The translations under genes were made by a program, and so were the position numbers. The notes below the pieces were generated by a model. That model was given only the letters and a program-made list of their open reading frames with translations, was not told the DNA's origin and made no database searches. Shown here piece by piece: positions 48,498 through 60,200 of a stretch of DNA of 64,000 nucleotides. Origin of the DNA: a virus; the IMG/VR virus record IMGVR_UViG_3300028044_000003, positions 47,531-111,530 of that record; one strand, written 5' to 3'. The stretch's first letter is position 1. Each line of letters starts with the position of its first letter.

Positions 48498-51380
48498 TTA
48501 TCTAACTTGTGCGTTACTTAAATCATTAAGATTATACACTTTTTTATCCTGGTTTAATAAAGAAATATTTCTAACATTAGCTTCTTGGAATTTACTTAAA
48601 ATACCTTCGATTCTATTTAAAGTTTCTTGATTAAAGTTTGTAATATTATCATTAACAGTTACGGTTCTTGGTTTACCTGTATTATAATCTATAATTCTAC
48701 CAGAAAGATAAATAGATTGGTTTTCATCTCTTTCTATTTTTAAACTCCCGGCCAAAGGATATTGATTTAATTCTATAGGACCTAGGTTTAATAAAAGTTG
48801 AGCTCTATCGTTTCTAATACCTCTTGAGAAACTATTATTAGCTGCGTCTTTAGGTATCGTTATTAAGATAGGTGCCATAGATTTTTCTTTTGTCTTACCT
48901 GTACCGTCATAAACTTTTGTCGTATAATCATTATCAGGTACAAACACATAACCTTCTAAATTAGGATCGTTTCCGATAGTACCTTTATATAAAAAGGTAC
49001 CTCTTGGACGACTTTCAGAAGTCTTACTTTTAGGATCTACAAGATCGTTGTAAAGATTTTGAGCATCACTCTTAGCTTCTTTTGAAGGTTCTATTTTATT
49101 AGCACCTTGCCCGGTAATTTCTTTACCTGTTATATCTGTAATATTAGAATAAAATTTAGCTTGAGGATTATACAAAACATCTTTTAATATTTGTACAGTA
49201 TTGTAAGCTCCTGTACCTACAACAAATTTTTTAGCATCAATATTTTGAGCTAAAGCAAAACCTGATTGATTAGTCCCTTTAGTACTATAAACCGGATTTT
49301 TTAAAAACACCGGTTTACCTCCTTCGGTAACTTGCCCTGACATATATACATCAAAAAAATTCTTTTGAAATGTATCATAAAGTTCTTTCAACTCATTATC
49401 AGATTTAAAATAATATTTACTTTTAGCTTGAGTTTTAAAATTGTTAAACTCTAACCTATTATAACCATTACTTTCTGGTTTAAAATAAACGTTTTCTAAT
49501 AAATCTTTATCTTCTTCAGATAGCTTCATCCTTGTAGATAAAACACCTTTAATTTTACCATTATTTTCTTGATGAGCTTTATTAAGTTCTGATCTTAATT
49601 TAGTTTCATCATCGTAATCTTTTATAGCCGGAGATATCTTTAAAGTAAAATCTTCATAAAGAGCTTTATAATCGTTTGTATTAACTAAAGATTTAATACT
49701 ATTTATAACATTAGCTGAATTTTCAAAAGCTTTAATTTGTTTAATATTATCAAGAGTTACATCAATTGGTGTTCCGTCAGGTTTTAAAAACTTATTATCT
49801 TTCTCATCATAACTAGTATTAAAAACAGCTTTTAATTGACTCTTAGCGTTTTTTATTTCTTCAGGGGATGAGTTATTACTGTTTATAACAGATACCATTT
49901 CGTTTACAAAGGACTTGGCGATAATATCTCCTGTACTATTAGTTTTATTAAAAGAATCTTTAATTAAGGTTTGAACATCTTTTAAGACGTTTGTTTTAGT
50001 ACCCATACCCGGATCAGGAGCAATAGGTATAAATTTTTTATCATCTTCTGTAATACCGTTATCTAATTCAAACTTTTTTTGAATTTCTTTTAATCTAAGT
50101 TTAGAATCAAATTCGCTTTTTAATAAACTATTATTAAAATCTACTTGCATCCTACCACGAGCTAACTGATCATTATACATTGCTAATCTATATTGATCTA
50201 CATCGTATTTTTCCTCATAGTTTAAATTAGCGTGTTGAGTAGCAATATTATGAAAATCTATATTTAATAGATTATTTGAATATAACCTGTCTACAGTTTT
50301 AGATAAAAATTTTCTATCACTTGTAGTATTACTAGTATTTATATAATCGTTATAAACTCCATCTACGACTTTACTGTTGTCTTGCGCTATTTTTAAATTA
50401 CCCTGAGCATCAACATAGACGTTATCAATAACATCACCTGGTACACGACCATTTTTTTTAACCTTTTGTTCTACTACTTTAATAACATTTTGAGAATCTG
50501 ATAATAATTTATCTGATCCTTGTTTAAGATTTTTTATATTAGATCCTACAAGCTTAATCATTTCTTGATTGTAATAATCTTCGGCCGCGTTTAAATCATT
50601 ATTAAAATTAGGAGCTATAGCTCTTATAGTCCGTTCTCTGTTAAGAGCAGATTTTTGATTATAAAAATCTGTTACTTTACCATCATTACCAAAAGCTCCC
50701 ATAAAAGCCTGCGTCAAAGATTCTAGAAACGTTTGACCAACAGTTCCTGTAACATCATTAGTTCTTTCAATTTTATAAAAACCTCCGTTAGACCAACTTA
50801 CTGTTTTTAAATCATACCCCATGTCTTTAGCAAACTTTAAAGCTTTAGTCTGTAATCCAGGGTCACCAGCATAAGTGGGATTGTCAAAATTTAAAGAATC
50901 ATCCATCGAAGAGTTCTTGAATCTTTCTCTCTGATAACCTAAATACTCTACTCCTTCACCAGAATAACTTACTCCTCCGCACTTTTCAGGATCAGCACAG
51001 TATTTTAATCTTTCTGCATAACCAGCTTTGTTCTGAAGATTCTTAGTCCAAGCCATATCTTTAGCCAGGTATTTATCTTCGTATAACGGTTTGAATATAT
51101 TAAGAGCTGCGTCTTTATTTTGAGCTAAGGATAAGTCAAGACCAGAAATTCTTTGAATGTCGTTATCGACCATTTTAAAAAAATCATCGCGTCTTTTAAC
51201 GTTCTCGTCTTTAGCAAGAGGCGCGTTAAGAAGGGCTCCGTAAGTTTCACTTATTTGTTTACGCGCAGCATCGTACCTACTTTGCTTAGTTTGTAAAATA
51301 CCTGATAAGAAATTATAATCAGGTTTGAAAGGTTGTATCTGAGGTATATAATCAGTTATACCGGGAATAAATGTTGCCAT
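48498..51380 (-). CDS. virion cargo / ejection protein
   Basis: 960 aa, helical, located between the cargo genes and the vRNAP block. Confidence 0.65.
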   Translation of the reverse strand: MATFIPGITDYIPQIQPFKPDYNFLSGILQTKQSRYDAARKQISETYGALLNAPLAKDENVKRRDDFFKMVDNDIQRISGLDLSLAQNKDAALNIFKPLYEDKYLAKDMAWTKNLQNKAGYAERLKYCADPEKCGGVSYSGEGVEYLGYQRERFKNSSMDDSLNFDNPTYAGDPGLQTKALKFAKDMGYDLKTVSWSNGGFYKIERTNDVTGTVGQTFLESLTQAFMGAFGNDGKVTDFYNQKSALNRERTIRAIAPNFNNDLNAAEDYYNQEMIKLVGSNIKNLKQGSDKLLSDSQNVIKVVEQKVKKNGRVPGDVIDNVYVDAQGNLKIAQDNSKVVDGVYNDYINTSNTTSDRKFLSKTVDRLYSNNLLNIDFHNIATQHANLNYEEKYDVDQYRLAMYNDQLARGRMQVDFNNSLLKSEFDSKLRLKEIQKKFELDNGITEDDKKFIPIAPDPGMGTKTNVLKDVQTLIKDSFNKTNSTGDIIAKSFVNEMVSVINSNNSSPEEIKNAKSQLKAVFNTSYDEKDNKFLKPDGTPIDVTLDNIKQIKAFENSANVINSIKSLVNTNDYKALYEDFTLKISPAIKDYDDETKLRSELNKAHQENNGKIKGVLSTRMKLSEEDKDLLENVYFKPESNGYNRLEFNNFKTQAKSKYYFKSDNELKELYDTFQKNFFDVYMSGQVTEGGKPVFLKNPVYSTKGTNQSGFALAQNIDAKKFVVGTGAYNTVQILKDVLYNPQAKFYSNITDITGKEITGQGANKIEPSKEAKSDAQNLYNDLVDPKSKTSESRPRGTFLYKGTIGNDPNLEGYVFVPDNDYTTKVYDGTGKTKEKSMAPILITIPKDAANNSFSRGIRNDRAQLLLNLGPIELNQYPLAGSLKIERDENQSIYLSGRIIDYNTGKPRTVTVNDNITNFNQETLNRIEGILSKFQEANVRNISLLNQDKKVYNLNDLSNAQVR

Positions 51381-51426
51381 AGTTAAAAATAAAGATTTAA
51401 AATTTTACTTTTTAAACTTTAAAAAT

Positions 51427-53094
51427 TTAACGTTTAGTACCGAACATGGCTTTCATTGCTTTTACTCCAGGATCTTCGTTACTTTCAGTTAAATCTTTCT
51501 GAGCCATTAAATATAACTCAGCAAGTTTATTTATATCAATATCAGGATAGGTTTGTTTTAGAGCCACAACATCTTCAATAGCATTTTTACTCTGACTAGG
51601 TTTTATTTTATTTCTTTCTGGTGAGAAGTTTAAAAACCCACCACTAGCTGGATCTATACTATATTGAGGAAATAACTCATTAAGATTAGATGTATAAGCT
51701 CTATTTGTAACAGCGTTGACATACGTGTTAATCAAATTATTCTTCATCGCTCTCTTAGAGTTATCATACTGTTGATTAGCAATAACCCAACCCTTGTAGA
51801 GTTCGTTGTCTATATTTGAGTTTAACCTAGCGGCTTGATTTCTTCCCTGGGCGTTGAACATTTCAGTACGATTAGCTACATCTACGTTTCTCTTATCGTA
51901 TTCAGAAATAATATTGGCCGCGTTTTTAGAAGCTTCTCTCTGAGTACCTGCTATTCTTGCTGAAGTTTGCTGAGGTCCCGCGTACATAGCAATAGCGTCA
52001 GAAGCTATAGTCGCTTGTTCAGCGTTTGCTGCTAGAGCTCGGTTAGGATCGTAGAAAGTCGGATCAGCTTCGAAAAACTCTGGTTTGTTCATCCAGGGTA
52101 AATACTTGTTAATTGACATTAAATTGCCAAAGTCTCTTCCAAGAGCAATCATATCCTGTTGCCAGAAAGGTGATTTCTTTCTAACAGCGTAACCATCTTC
52201 TAAACTATAATTAGGTTTTATAGAACCAACTTCTTCATCTTTTTTCTTTTCAACAGTAGCTGCATTTCTATCGATTCTCAATATTCCTTGACCTATAGTT
52301 GTGTTACCCATCCAACCATCAATCTCAGATATTTTTCCTTTTGGTTCATCTGTAACACCGTGAGCTTCAGTACTGTATTTTTCAAGATCTTCCGAATATC
52401 TAGGATCTGTTTTTAATTTATCAAGTGCTTGCCAGTACGCTTGAGCCAAAGCGGTTTGTTCATCGTTTAACGGAGTTAATCCTAACTTATTAGCAGTAGA
52501 TATATATTCATTACGATCTTTATCCCACTTACCTTCTAAGTCAAATTTTGAAAAATCTTGTATATTTTCACCTACAGTATATACTTGGTTTTGAAACTGT
52601 TTAAAATTTTCTAAAAAATCTTCTGCTGAAGTTGCTTCTTTTAAATTATCATAAGCTTTTTTAGCAGATGGGTTTTTACTACTTTTTAATAAAGCAACAG
52701 CTTCATCTCTAAGAGCATTTTTTAATGTAAAATTATTACTGATATCTATATCCATATCTTCTAAACTCTGTCTCCAATTCCAACCAGATCTTATATCATT
52801 CCATAAACTAGGATTATAAGGTTTCTGTGTTTTGGTTCTAGAAGTAGTAGTACCAGAAGTAGTAGCAGTAGCAGTACCCGAGGTTTTAGCAGGTGCGGTT
52901 GTACCAGGTTTAGATGATGCTTGTGTTTGTTGAACACTAGATATAAAATCCTCATAGGTTTTTTTATCTACTCTTTCACCTTTTACAGCTAAATCAGGTC
53001 GACCTTCTGGATAAGAATAAACATAATATTTTTCTGTAGGAATACCACCAATATTACCTACTTCTTTTTTTACTATATATTTAGTTTTAGCCAT
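51427..53094 (-). CDS. virion cargo protein
   Basis: 555 aa; Ala/Asn/Gln-rich helical C-terminal half (NVDVANRTEMFNAQ..N) and Thr-rich linker. Confidence 0.6.
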   Translation of the reverse strand: MAKTKYIVKKEVGNIGGIPTEKYYVYSYPEGRPDLAVKGERVDKKTYEDFISSVQQTQASSKPGTTAPAKTSGTATATTSGTTTSRTKTQKPYNPSLWNDIRSGWNWRQSLEDMDIDISNNFTLKNALRDEAVALLKSSKNPSAKKAYDNLKEATSAEDFLENFKQFQNQVYTVGENIQDFSKFDLEGKWDKDRNEYISTANKLGLTPLNDEQTALAQAYWQALDKLKTDPRYSEDLEKYSTEAHGVTDEPKGKISEIDGWMGNTTIGQGILRIDRNAATVEKKKDEEVGSIKPNYSLEDGYAVRKKSPFWQQDMIALGRDFGNLMSINKYLPWMNKPEFFEADPTFYDPNRALAANAEQATIASDAIAMYAGPQQTSARIAGTQREASKNAANIISEYDKRNVDVANRTEMFNAQGRNQAARLNSNIDNELYKGWVIANQQYDNSKRAMKNNLINTYVNAVTNRAYTSNLNELFPQYSIDPASGGFLNFSPERNKIKPSQSKNAIEDVVALKQTYPDIDINKLAELYLMAQKDLTESNEDPGVKAMKAMFGTKR

Positions 53095-53096
53095 AA

Positions 53097-55043
53097 TTAA
53101 TAAAAACTTTTACGATCTATTTTAGTATCCCAGTCATATTTTTTACTAGTAACAATTGTATCTGATTTATCTACAACCGGTGTAGTATCTATAGGTTGTT
53201 GCATAGGGTAAATATTTTCAATATCAAACACAGCAGAATCTCTAGGTAAATATACAGGTGGAGTTACTCTTACTCTATAAGGTTGATTTACAGGTGTTTG
53301 ATTTGATTTTTTTGCGTTTTCTGTAGCAGCGTTACTAGCTGCCACTAAAGCTGCAGGACTTGTAGCAAAATCAACTACTTTTTTAGGAATTTCTTTTAAA
53401 GTTTTAGGAGCAAAATCTTTTCCTAATTGTAATAACTTTCCGCCAGCCCATACAAAAGGTGTAGCGGCAGTTGCTAAATAAGGAGCAACAAATTCTGCCG
53501 CTTCTTTTATATACGGTACAGTTTTAACAGCGATATCTTTAGCACCGGCCAATCCTTTACCTAAATAAGGTGCCGCTTTTAAAGAACCTTTTTGTATTAA
53601 TGATTGAAACAAAAGAGGATCTGCTAAAACGTTATACATCCAATTATAATCTGAATCAGGGTTATATCTTCTATTAGTATCCCCAAAACCTTCATAATAA
53701 CCTGTTAGTAAATTATTAATCTCATATTGAGGTAATTTTAAAACAGTTGATAAATAATCCATAAACCCTTCTGGTTTTTTATTAAATATTAATTTATCAA
53801 TTGCTTCTTTAAATCTAGGATCTATATCTTCTGGAGAAGTTCTTTGTGAAACATTTCTATTAGCCGCCCTTTCCCAAAATGATTTATAAGGATCTTTTTC
53901 AAAAGATGTTTCACTAAATGTTTTTTTCTGTTGTGTTTGAGGTTGAGTCTTTTTTTGTAAATTATATGGTTGATCTAATCTTGAATCTAAAGATTGTCTA
54001 CCTATTTGAGCTTTGGGTAATAATCTTACTCTTCTAAGCGCACCACCTTTTTTAGCTATTCCCATACCTGAATCTAGGTTACCAGGAAATTGTACCGGTG
54101 TGTATTCATTAGGTCTCAGCATATATGGAGAGTGTACCATGTAATCTCCACGATCTTGATTTTCAGCTAAAGGTCCGTATATTTTATCACCTGAAGAAAA
54201 CCGATCTAGAAAATCTTTTTCTTTATCTCTTTCGTTCATACCTGTAATAAAATCCATCCCGGCTAATGTTTTATCTGCCAAGTAAGGATCGTCAAAAAAG
54301 TTTTTTATTCTTTTTCCTGAAAATCTTCTCCAATTTTGTTCATAAGGTTCTGATTGTTCTGACTGAGCATCTGAGATTCTTTGTAATTCACCGCGGTCTT
54401 GATATTTAGGAAGATTACCGTAGCTACCTCCTTTACGGGCCATTGGTAAACCGTCTTGTGTGTACTCACTGGGAATAAACATAGAAGGATCTAGACCAGA
54501 GGTCATAACGTATGGCATAGCTACTACAGGAATACCTTGAGGAAAACCTTTCTTAGACTCTTGTAGTAAAGCTAACTTACCGAGTTTGTTTATATTATTA
54601 CTAATCATGAGCTCTGCAGTTAATCTATCAATCTCATCTGATAAAGGATCTACAAGAGTCTTTCTGTATTTGTTTATATCGTATTGATACGATAACTCAG
54701 CAGGCGTATATTTCTTTTTAGAATTAAACCCAAAGTCTTTCAATACTTCACCGGTAAGTTTCATCGAAGATGTATCGGAGAATACGAAAGAATCCGGAGG
54801 AAGGTTTAGTGGTGTTCCACCGTTACTATGACGTTTACCACCGGCTCTATAAAAAGTTGGTATAGGATCACCCTCTAAATACGTCAGTACAGTTTCGTTT
54901 TTTTCGACTTCGACATTAGCTTCATCCCTGGCTACAGGTTCTAGAGTACCCCTTACAGAAATAGAATTGTTATCTAAATCTCTGTTACCACGGGTACCCA
55001 TTACTTTAGAAAGCTCTTTAAAATTTAAACTATATGTGCTCAT
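53097..55043 (-). CDS. virion cargo protein with ANVEVE...GKRHSNGG domain
   Basis: 648 aa; ARKGG and AKKGG motifs; amphipathic C-terminal region. Confidence 0.6.
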   Translation of the reverse strand: MSTYSLNFKELSKVMGTRGNRDLDNNSISVRGTLEPVARDEANVEVEKNETVLTYLEGDPIPTFYRAGGKRHSNGGTPLNLPPDSFVFSDTSSMKLTGEVLKDFGFNSKKKYTPAELSYQYDINKYRKTLVDPLSDEIDRLTAELMISNNINKLGKLALLQESKKGFPQGIPVVAMPYVMTSGLDPSMFIPSEYTQDGLPMARKGGSYGNLPKYQDRGELQRISDAQSEQSEPYEQNWRRFSGKRIKNFFDDPYLADKTLAGMDFITGMNERDKEKDFLDRFSSGDKIYGPLAENQDRGDYMVHSPYMLRPNEYTPVQFPGNLDSGMGIAKKGGALRRVRLLPKAQIGRQSLDSRLDQPYNLQKKTQPQTQQKKTFSETSFEKDPYKSFWERAANRNVSQRTSPEDIDPRFKEAIDKLIFNKKPEGFMDYLSTVLKLPQYEINNLLTGYYEGFGDTNRRYNPDSDYNWMYNVLADPLLFQSLIQKGSLKAAPYLGKGLAGAKDIAVKTVPYIKEAAEFVAPYLATAATPFVWAGGKLLQLGKDFAPKTLKEIPKKVVDFATSPAALVAASNAATENAKKSNQTPVNQPYRVRVTPPVYLPRDSAVFDIENIYPMQQPIDTTPVVDKSDTIVTSKKYDWDTKIDRKSFY

Positions 55044-55048
55044 AATAT

Positions 55049-56740
55049 TTAATCTAGATATTCTACTGTATAACCGCCTCTTCTATACTGTTCAATTTGT
55101 TCATCTGTAAGATACATATCTTTACCCCTACTACCACCAAATTTAGCCATTGCTGTATTATCAAAATTATCAGCACTAACTGGTACAGGAGGTTTTTCCA
55201 ACTCGTCAAAAGGTGTTGATACTTTCATCCAGCTAGGAAACGTTTGAGGTTTATCTACATCATTAGTTTTACTATTACCGCCCGAATAAGATCCTGGAGT
55301 CCATTTTACTTTTGCTCTAAACCTACCCACATCAGGAGAAGCTACATAACTCTGACCTTTACTATCAGTATAAGTAGCTCCTTTATATCCTTCAGCTAAA
55401 TCTTTTAAAAATCTATTCCAGTTATATCTACCTAATCCGGAACCAGCACCAGATCTTCCAGAACCTTCTCCTGATTCTCTTGGAAAATTATCTTTGTATC
55501 TATACTCATAAGGAGAGTAATAAGGGTTTGCATTCATCATTTGCCACGACCCTGGTTTATTACCTGATAGATCACGATTACTTCCAGGAACAAAACCGTA
55601 CCCAGGATACTTATCATAAAACCCTTGAAGACTTTTTAAAAGATCTCCATACCCTGTCATTATAGACTGAAGACTAGCTAATTGTTCGTTTTGAGAATTA
55701 GGTTGTGTAGAAGACTTACCTCCATCAGCACCAGGTTGTCCTAACACTTGACTATTACCAGTACCTTGCATGATTTGTAAACCTCTACGACCCATCAACA
55801 TTTGATTAGCTTCTTCTTCAGCTTGTTCTTCATACGCTCCCATACTATTACCCTGTATAGCTGATAATAGTTCTTTCATTTTATTATCAGTAAAAGTCTC
55901 AGTAGTATTAGCCGGTTGATTTTGAGTTCTTCCTTTTTGTTTAGCCCCACCTTCTTGATAAAAAGCTGGTGTTCCTTTTATAGGTTCAGTGTTATACATG
56001 TCGTTTATAACACCCTGGAAAGGAAAAGCTGGAGGAAGGTAACCACCCATTTTAGCGTACATCTCTTCCGGTGACATATCATTATCATCTTCTTCTTCAT
56101 ATTCTTCTCCATCGTACTCTTCTTCAGAACCTTGTTGTTGTTGAGCCATTGCTTGTTCTACTACAGTAGCTATTTGTTCAACGAAAGCTTGTTGTTCTTG
56201 AGGGTTTTGTAAACTCTGTAGTTGTTCGATAATAACTTGCGGATCTTCTCCGGTTATTTGAGAATACATTTGTATTAACTGCATTAGTTGTTCTTCCTGG
56301 GCACCACCTTCTTGTTTTTTCCATCTAGAAGCGTTTTTAGCAAAGTTAGCTTGTCTACGAGTAGAAGCTGAAAACTTACCTTCTTTAGCTTTGAGTACTT
56401 TATTAGCAAAACCTTGTACACTCATACCGGCCCGTTTAGCTTTAGCGGTAAACTTACCTTTATTAGCCGGGTTAATATTTATACCACCTTTTCTAAAATC
56501 ACCTATAGGTTCTACAAAAACATCTTCGTTTGGATCTATAAACTCTTCACCGTACATACCTCCACCCATTTCCATATTAGATTTTATCTTTCTCTGAACA
56601 TAATTTGGAAGAGCTTGAAACCCTGGATTATTAATACCTCCTTGTTTAAAGGATTGTGGTGTAGGATAATCTTTATAAAATAAATCTACACTACCTCCGT
56701 ATTGGGTATCTATAAAATCTAGTATTTGCTGTTTATTCAT
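55049..56740 (-). CDS. low-complexity cargo protein with repeated xxxGG motifs
   Basis: 563 aa; at least 8 xxxGG motifs (FKQGG, FRKGG, AKMGG, YQEGG and others) separate basic, Gln-rich and acidic segments. Confidence 0.65.
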   Translation of the reverse strand: MNKQQILDFIDTQYGGSVDLFYKDYPTPQSFKQGGINNPGFQALPNYVQRKIKSNMEMGGGMYGEEFIDPNEDVFVEPIGDFRKGGININPANKGKFTAKAKRAGMSVQGFANKVLKAKEGKFSASTRRQANFAKNASRWKKQEGGAQEEQLMQLIQMYSQITGEDPQVIIEQLQSLQNPQEQQAFVEQIATVVEQAMAQQQQGSEEEYDGEEYEEEDDNDMSPEEMYAKMGGYLPPAFPFQGVINDMYNTEPIKGTPAFYQEGGAKQKGRTQNQPANTTETFTDNKMKELLSAIQGNSMGAYEEQAEEEANQMLMGRRGLQIMQGTGNSQVLGQPGADGGKSSTQPNSQNEQLASLQSIMTGYGDLLKSLQGFYDKYPGYGFVPGSNRDLSGNKPGSWQMMNANPYYSPYEYRYKDNFPRESGEGSGRSGAGSGLGRYNWNRFLKDLAEGYKGATYTDSKGQSYVASPDVGRFRAKVKWTPGSYSGGNSKTNDVDKPQTFPSWMKVSTPFDELEKPPVPVSADNFDNTAMAKFGGSRGKDMYLTDEQIEQYRRGGYTVEYLD

Positions 56741-56775
56741 AATTAAGATATTTATGTAAAATTAAGATAATCATT

Positions 56776-57219
56776 TTATTTCACGTTATCAAGCCAACCA
56801 CCTTTTTTTCCACCTTCTTGATATTTATCTAACCAACCACCTTTTGTGGGTTTATTATAATTTGTAAAATTAGTTAATTGATCAAGTTGTACCAAAGAAT
56901 TTTCATCTGCTTGATTCACACCATTCTTAGCTTTCTTAGGACGTTTTCCCTTTGGATATTCTGTAATATATTCAGCCCCTTCAAATTCATAGTCTTCTCC
57001 AGGGTACATCATTTGTTCTTCTCCTGTATCTGCTATTCCTAATACAGGATAGGGTACACCTTTCATTGTTATATCACCACCCGGGACTCTTGTTACCATG
57101 CCAGGGTATTCCAACTGACCGTCAGGATCGTATATAATATCTTTACCAAAAGGATCTGTTTTCTTTGGAGGCGTACCTTTTGTATACTTAACTTTTAATT
57201 CTCTTTTATTCGAGCTCAT
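56776..57219 (-). CDS. small virion-associated protein with GGWLD repeats
   Basis: 147 aa; ITMKGVPYPVLG...MMYPG.DY.F core; GGWLDKY and GGWLDNV. Confidence 0.7.
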   Translation of the reverse strand: MSSNKRELKVKYTKGTPPKKTDPFGKDIIYDPDGQLEYPGMVTRVPGGDITMKGVPYPVLGIADTGEEQMMYPGEDYEFEGAEYITEYPKGKRPKKAKNGVNQADENSLVQLDQLTNFTNYNKPTKGGWLDKYQEGGKKGGWLDNVK

Positions 57220-60200
57220 CGTGGTGAGATTAGATTTTTAGAGTTATTAAATATTAACATCATCTTATAAGGGTTAGTACCACCCGGTGGTGGAGCTAGT
57301 CTTGTAAGTACTACGTTATTAGAGTAGTGTCTGAATTTTTTACGTTGTAAAGCGTTTTTACCAAAATTCGGATTACCAACAGATATATTAGCCGGGTTAA
57401 GCTGTCTTTGATAACCGTCCGGAGATGTTTGCCAAATAGCTCTTTCAGCAAAATTACCAGGAATACTTATATTAGGAAATTCACCACGGTCTAATGTAAT
57501 ATCCCAAAACTGATTTACGCGATAGTTATTTTCTTCTTTAGAAAATAGTACATCAATTATACCAGTAACAGAATTTAGAATAGGATAACGTAATAACTCT
57601 TGTAGATCGTTTTTAGGTTTAATATTTAATCTTAGTATACCTGAACATTGTTCAGAATTATAGACAACCATCTGATTAAAATTATAATCTAAATTATGAA
57701 ATCTATCAAAGCAATTTTCAGAATATTTATAACACTCTAATTGGTATTGAATACTTCTTAGAGTAGTTACTTGCTGAACACTGTTAAAATTAAGTTCTAC
57801 TTCGAAAGGATAATAAATACCGTAATAATTACAGTAATCATCACATCTATCATTATGTACCCAAATACCACCTTGGTTATTACGATTCTTAATAGTTAAG
57901 AAAGTATTCTTAGTGGATATTGATAAATCCGGGTGCCAGTCATGATAAGACATCCACTTATCCATTTTAGGATCGTAACTAAGTGTCCAAGAAGCATCGT
58001 CAAAATAAAATTTCCAACGATTATCTGGATCTCCTAAACTAAATCTTAAGTTATTTATAATAAATCGATTATCTCCTACATATATAACGTCTCTAGGTTC
58101 TACGCTTGATTTTAACGAATAATCTTTCTTACAGAAGTAGATTAGATTATTATCATTATCGTAAGTAATCTGACATCCAATACCTAAAACAGGATTATCT
58201 CTTAATTCAAAATCAGGGAATTGTTTTAAAAGCTGCGATGGTAAATAAGTAGATAACCACCACTTGATATCTTTCATAGAGAGTTCTTTGAGACCCTTTC
58301 CGATAGTGAATATTTTACCCTGGTCCTGACTCATCCAGTAAATACCGAAAGGAGTATTGATAACTCCAAGACGACTTTGACAAGATGCGTACTCAATCGA
58401 TCTCTCTGAGTTGTCTATGTTCTGTTGAGGTTGTGAAAACAAACCACCATCTCCAAGAGTAATCTTAACTCCTAGATCTGTTTGAAGTTGGTCAACACCT
58501 TGATACTTTACAGGACTTTCGTTTTCAAAAAAGAACATGGCCCCGTTCATATCAGTCTTTTTAATAGCAGTCGGTCTACTACGAAAATCTTTATAGTTAT
58601 TAACCAGGAACACTTTCCAGTTATCTCGTGTGAGTTCTAACTGTTGAGGTAATGAATATAATATTCTATTAGGACGATAGGTGTAACAAAACTCGGCCAC
58701 TTGAGGGTCGTAGTTACGAGGTTGTAGTAAAGACCATGATATAAAGTTACTGTACATTTTGATATGACTAAGAGAGTAGTCATACTTCATAAAATTACCA
58801 GACTTGATTATATCAACATCAAACAAAGCCTTTACATCAGTGTATCTTTTAGGATCATAGTGTCTTCTTTCAGGACGATCTTCCCAATCTCTAAGATCAA
58901 TGTTTATTTCAGACTCAACATAAAAGTCTCTGATACCTGAGTTAAATAAATAAAACCAGGCGTATTTTACGGCTAAATTAAATTTTCCAGGAGATAATGA
59001 AAAAATACCAGAACAAAACTGACCGTCTAAATTATAATAATTTTTGGGTGTAGTAATACCTCCACCAGTAATTAAATTTGCAGGAGATAAGCTTTGAATA
59101 AAATCACTTGTTTCAAATTTTTCACTATTTAACCAAAATCTTGGATATAATTTTAACATTCTTCTTGTAGAATAATCATATTCAAAACCGTCTGGTTGTT
59201 TATTTAACCAATCAAAGAAATAAAAAAAAGTATTTTTTTCAGTGTATCTTCCAATATAAGTATCACCATTAAACAATGGACCGCTATTAAGTACAGGTTG
59301 ATTTGTAATAGGTTGATTTATTATCCTTGTACACGAACTAACAGGAATTTGTCTTACTCTATCTAGTTGACCATATTGATTTTGCAACCTTTGTTTAAGA
59401 GCTGTATAATAAACATAACTATTACTATTAAAACTTTCTTTATCAGGATTAACTAAACGACTTCCAAAAACAAAATTTATATCATATAGTGAAGGTACTT
59501 CAGAAGCTAGTATTCTAGTTCGTTCTGATCCACTATTAGGATAAGGTAATTGAGGTTCGGTAGTAGGAGGAGGATTTAATTGTTGAGGGTTTGGTGTTGC
59601 GTCAATTTTTAAAGCAACAGTTCTACTTCTATAAAGATTATTAATCAAACCATTATCAAAGTTTGTTATATTATTATCTAAGTATGTTCCGTCAGCTATT
59701 GAATTACGATATAACTTAGTAGCACCTGTAAAATTTACAAAACTATTATACTCACAGTGAGAATCGTATTGTAAAGCAAACTCTCTAAATCTTAAAAACG
59801 ATCTTATTAGTTGTAAAGCACTATCTGTACCAATAGACCAATAATAAAGCATGGTTGGCGCAAGTGCGGCAAATAATCCTAAACGTGAAGTTTCACCGTC
59901 TTCAGTTTGTATTATAGGCGAACTATAACCTACACCAGGAGTATTTGCAAGAGCTGTTATACCTGTATTAGTAGCAGCCGTAATAACAGCAGAAGTTCCT
60001 GGCGCAACCATGTCTAATAAATACTGACCGGTTGTTAAAAAAACATTATTTAATATATTTAAAGCAGTATTTGTACCTAACATAGCTGCTCTTGCGGGTG
60101 CCATTAAAACTTCTGTTGTAGGTGGTACTGCAAAAGCTAAACCGGTAATATGGTTTTGAGGAGTTGAAACTCTTCTACCACCACTAGCTTTTAATGATGC

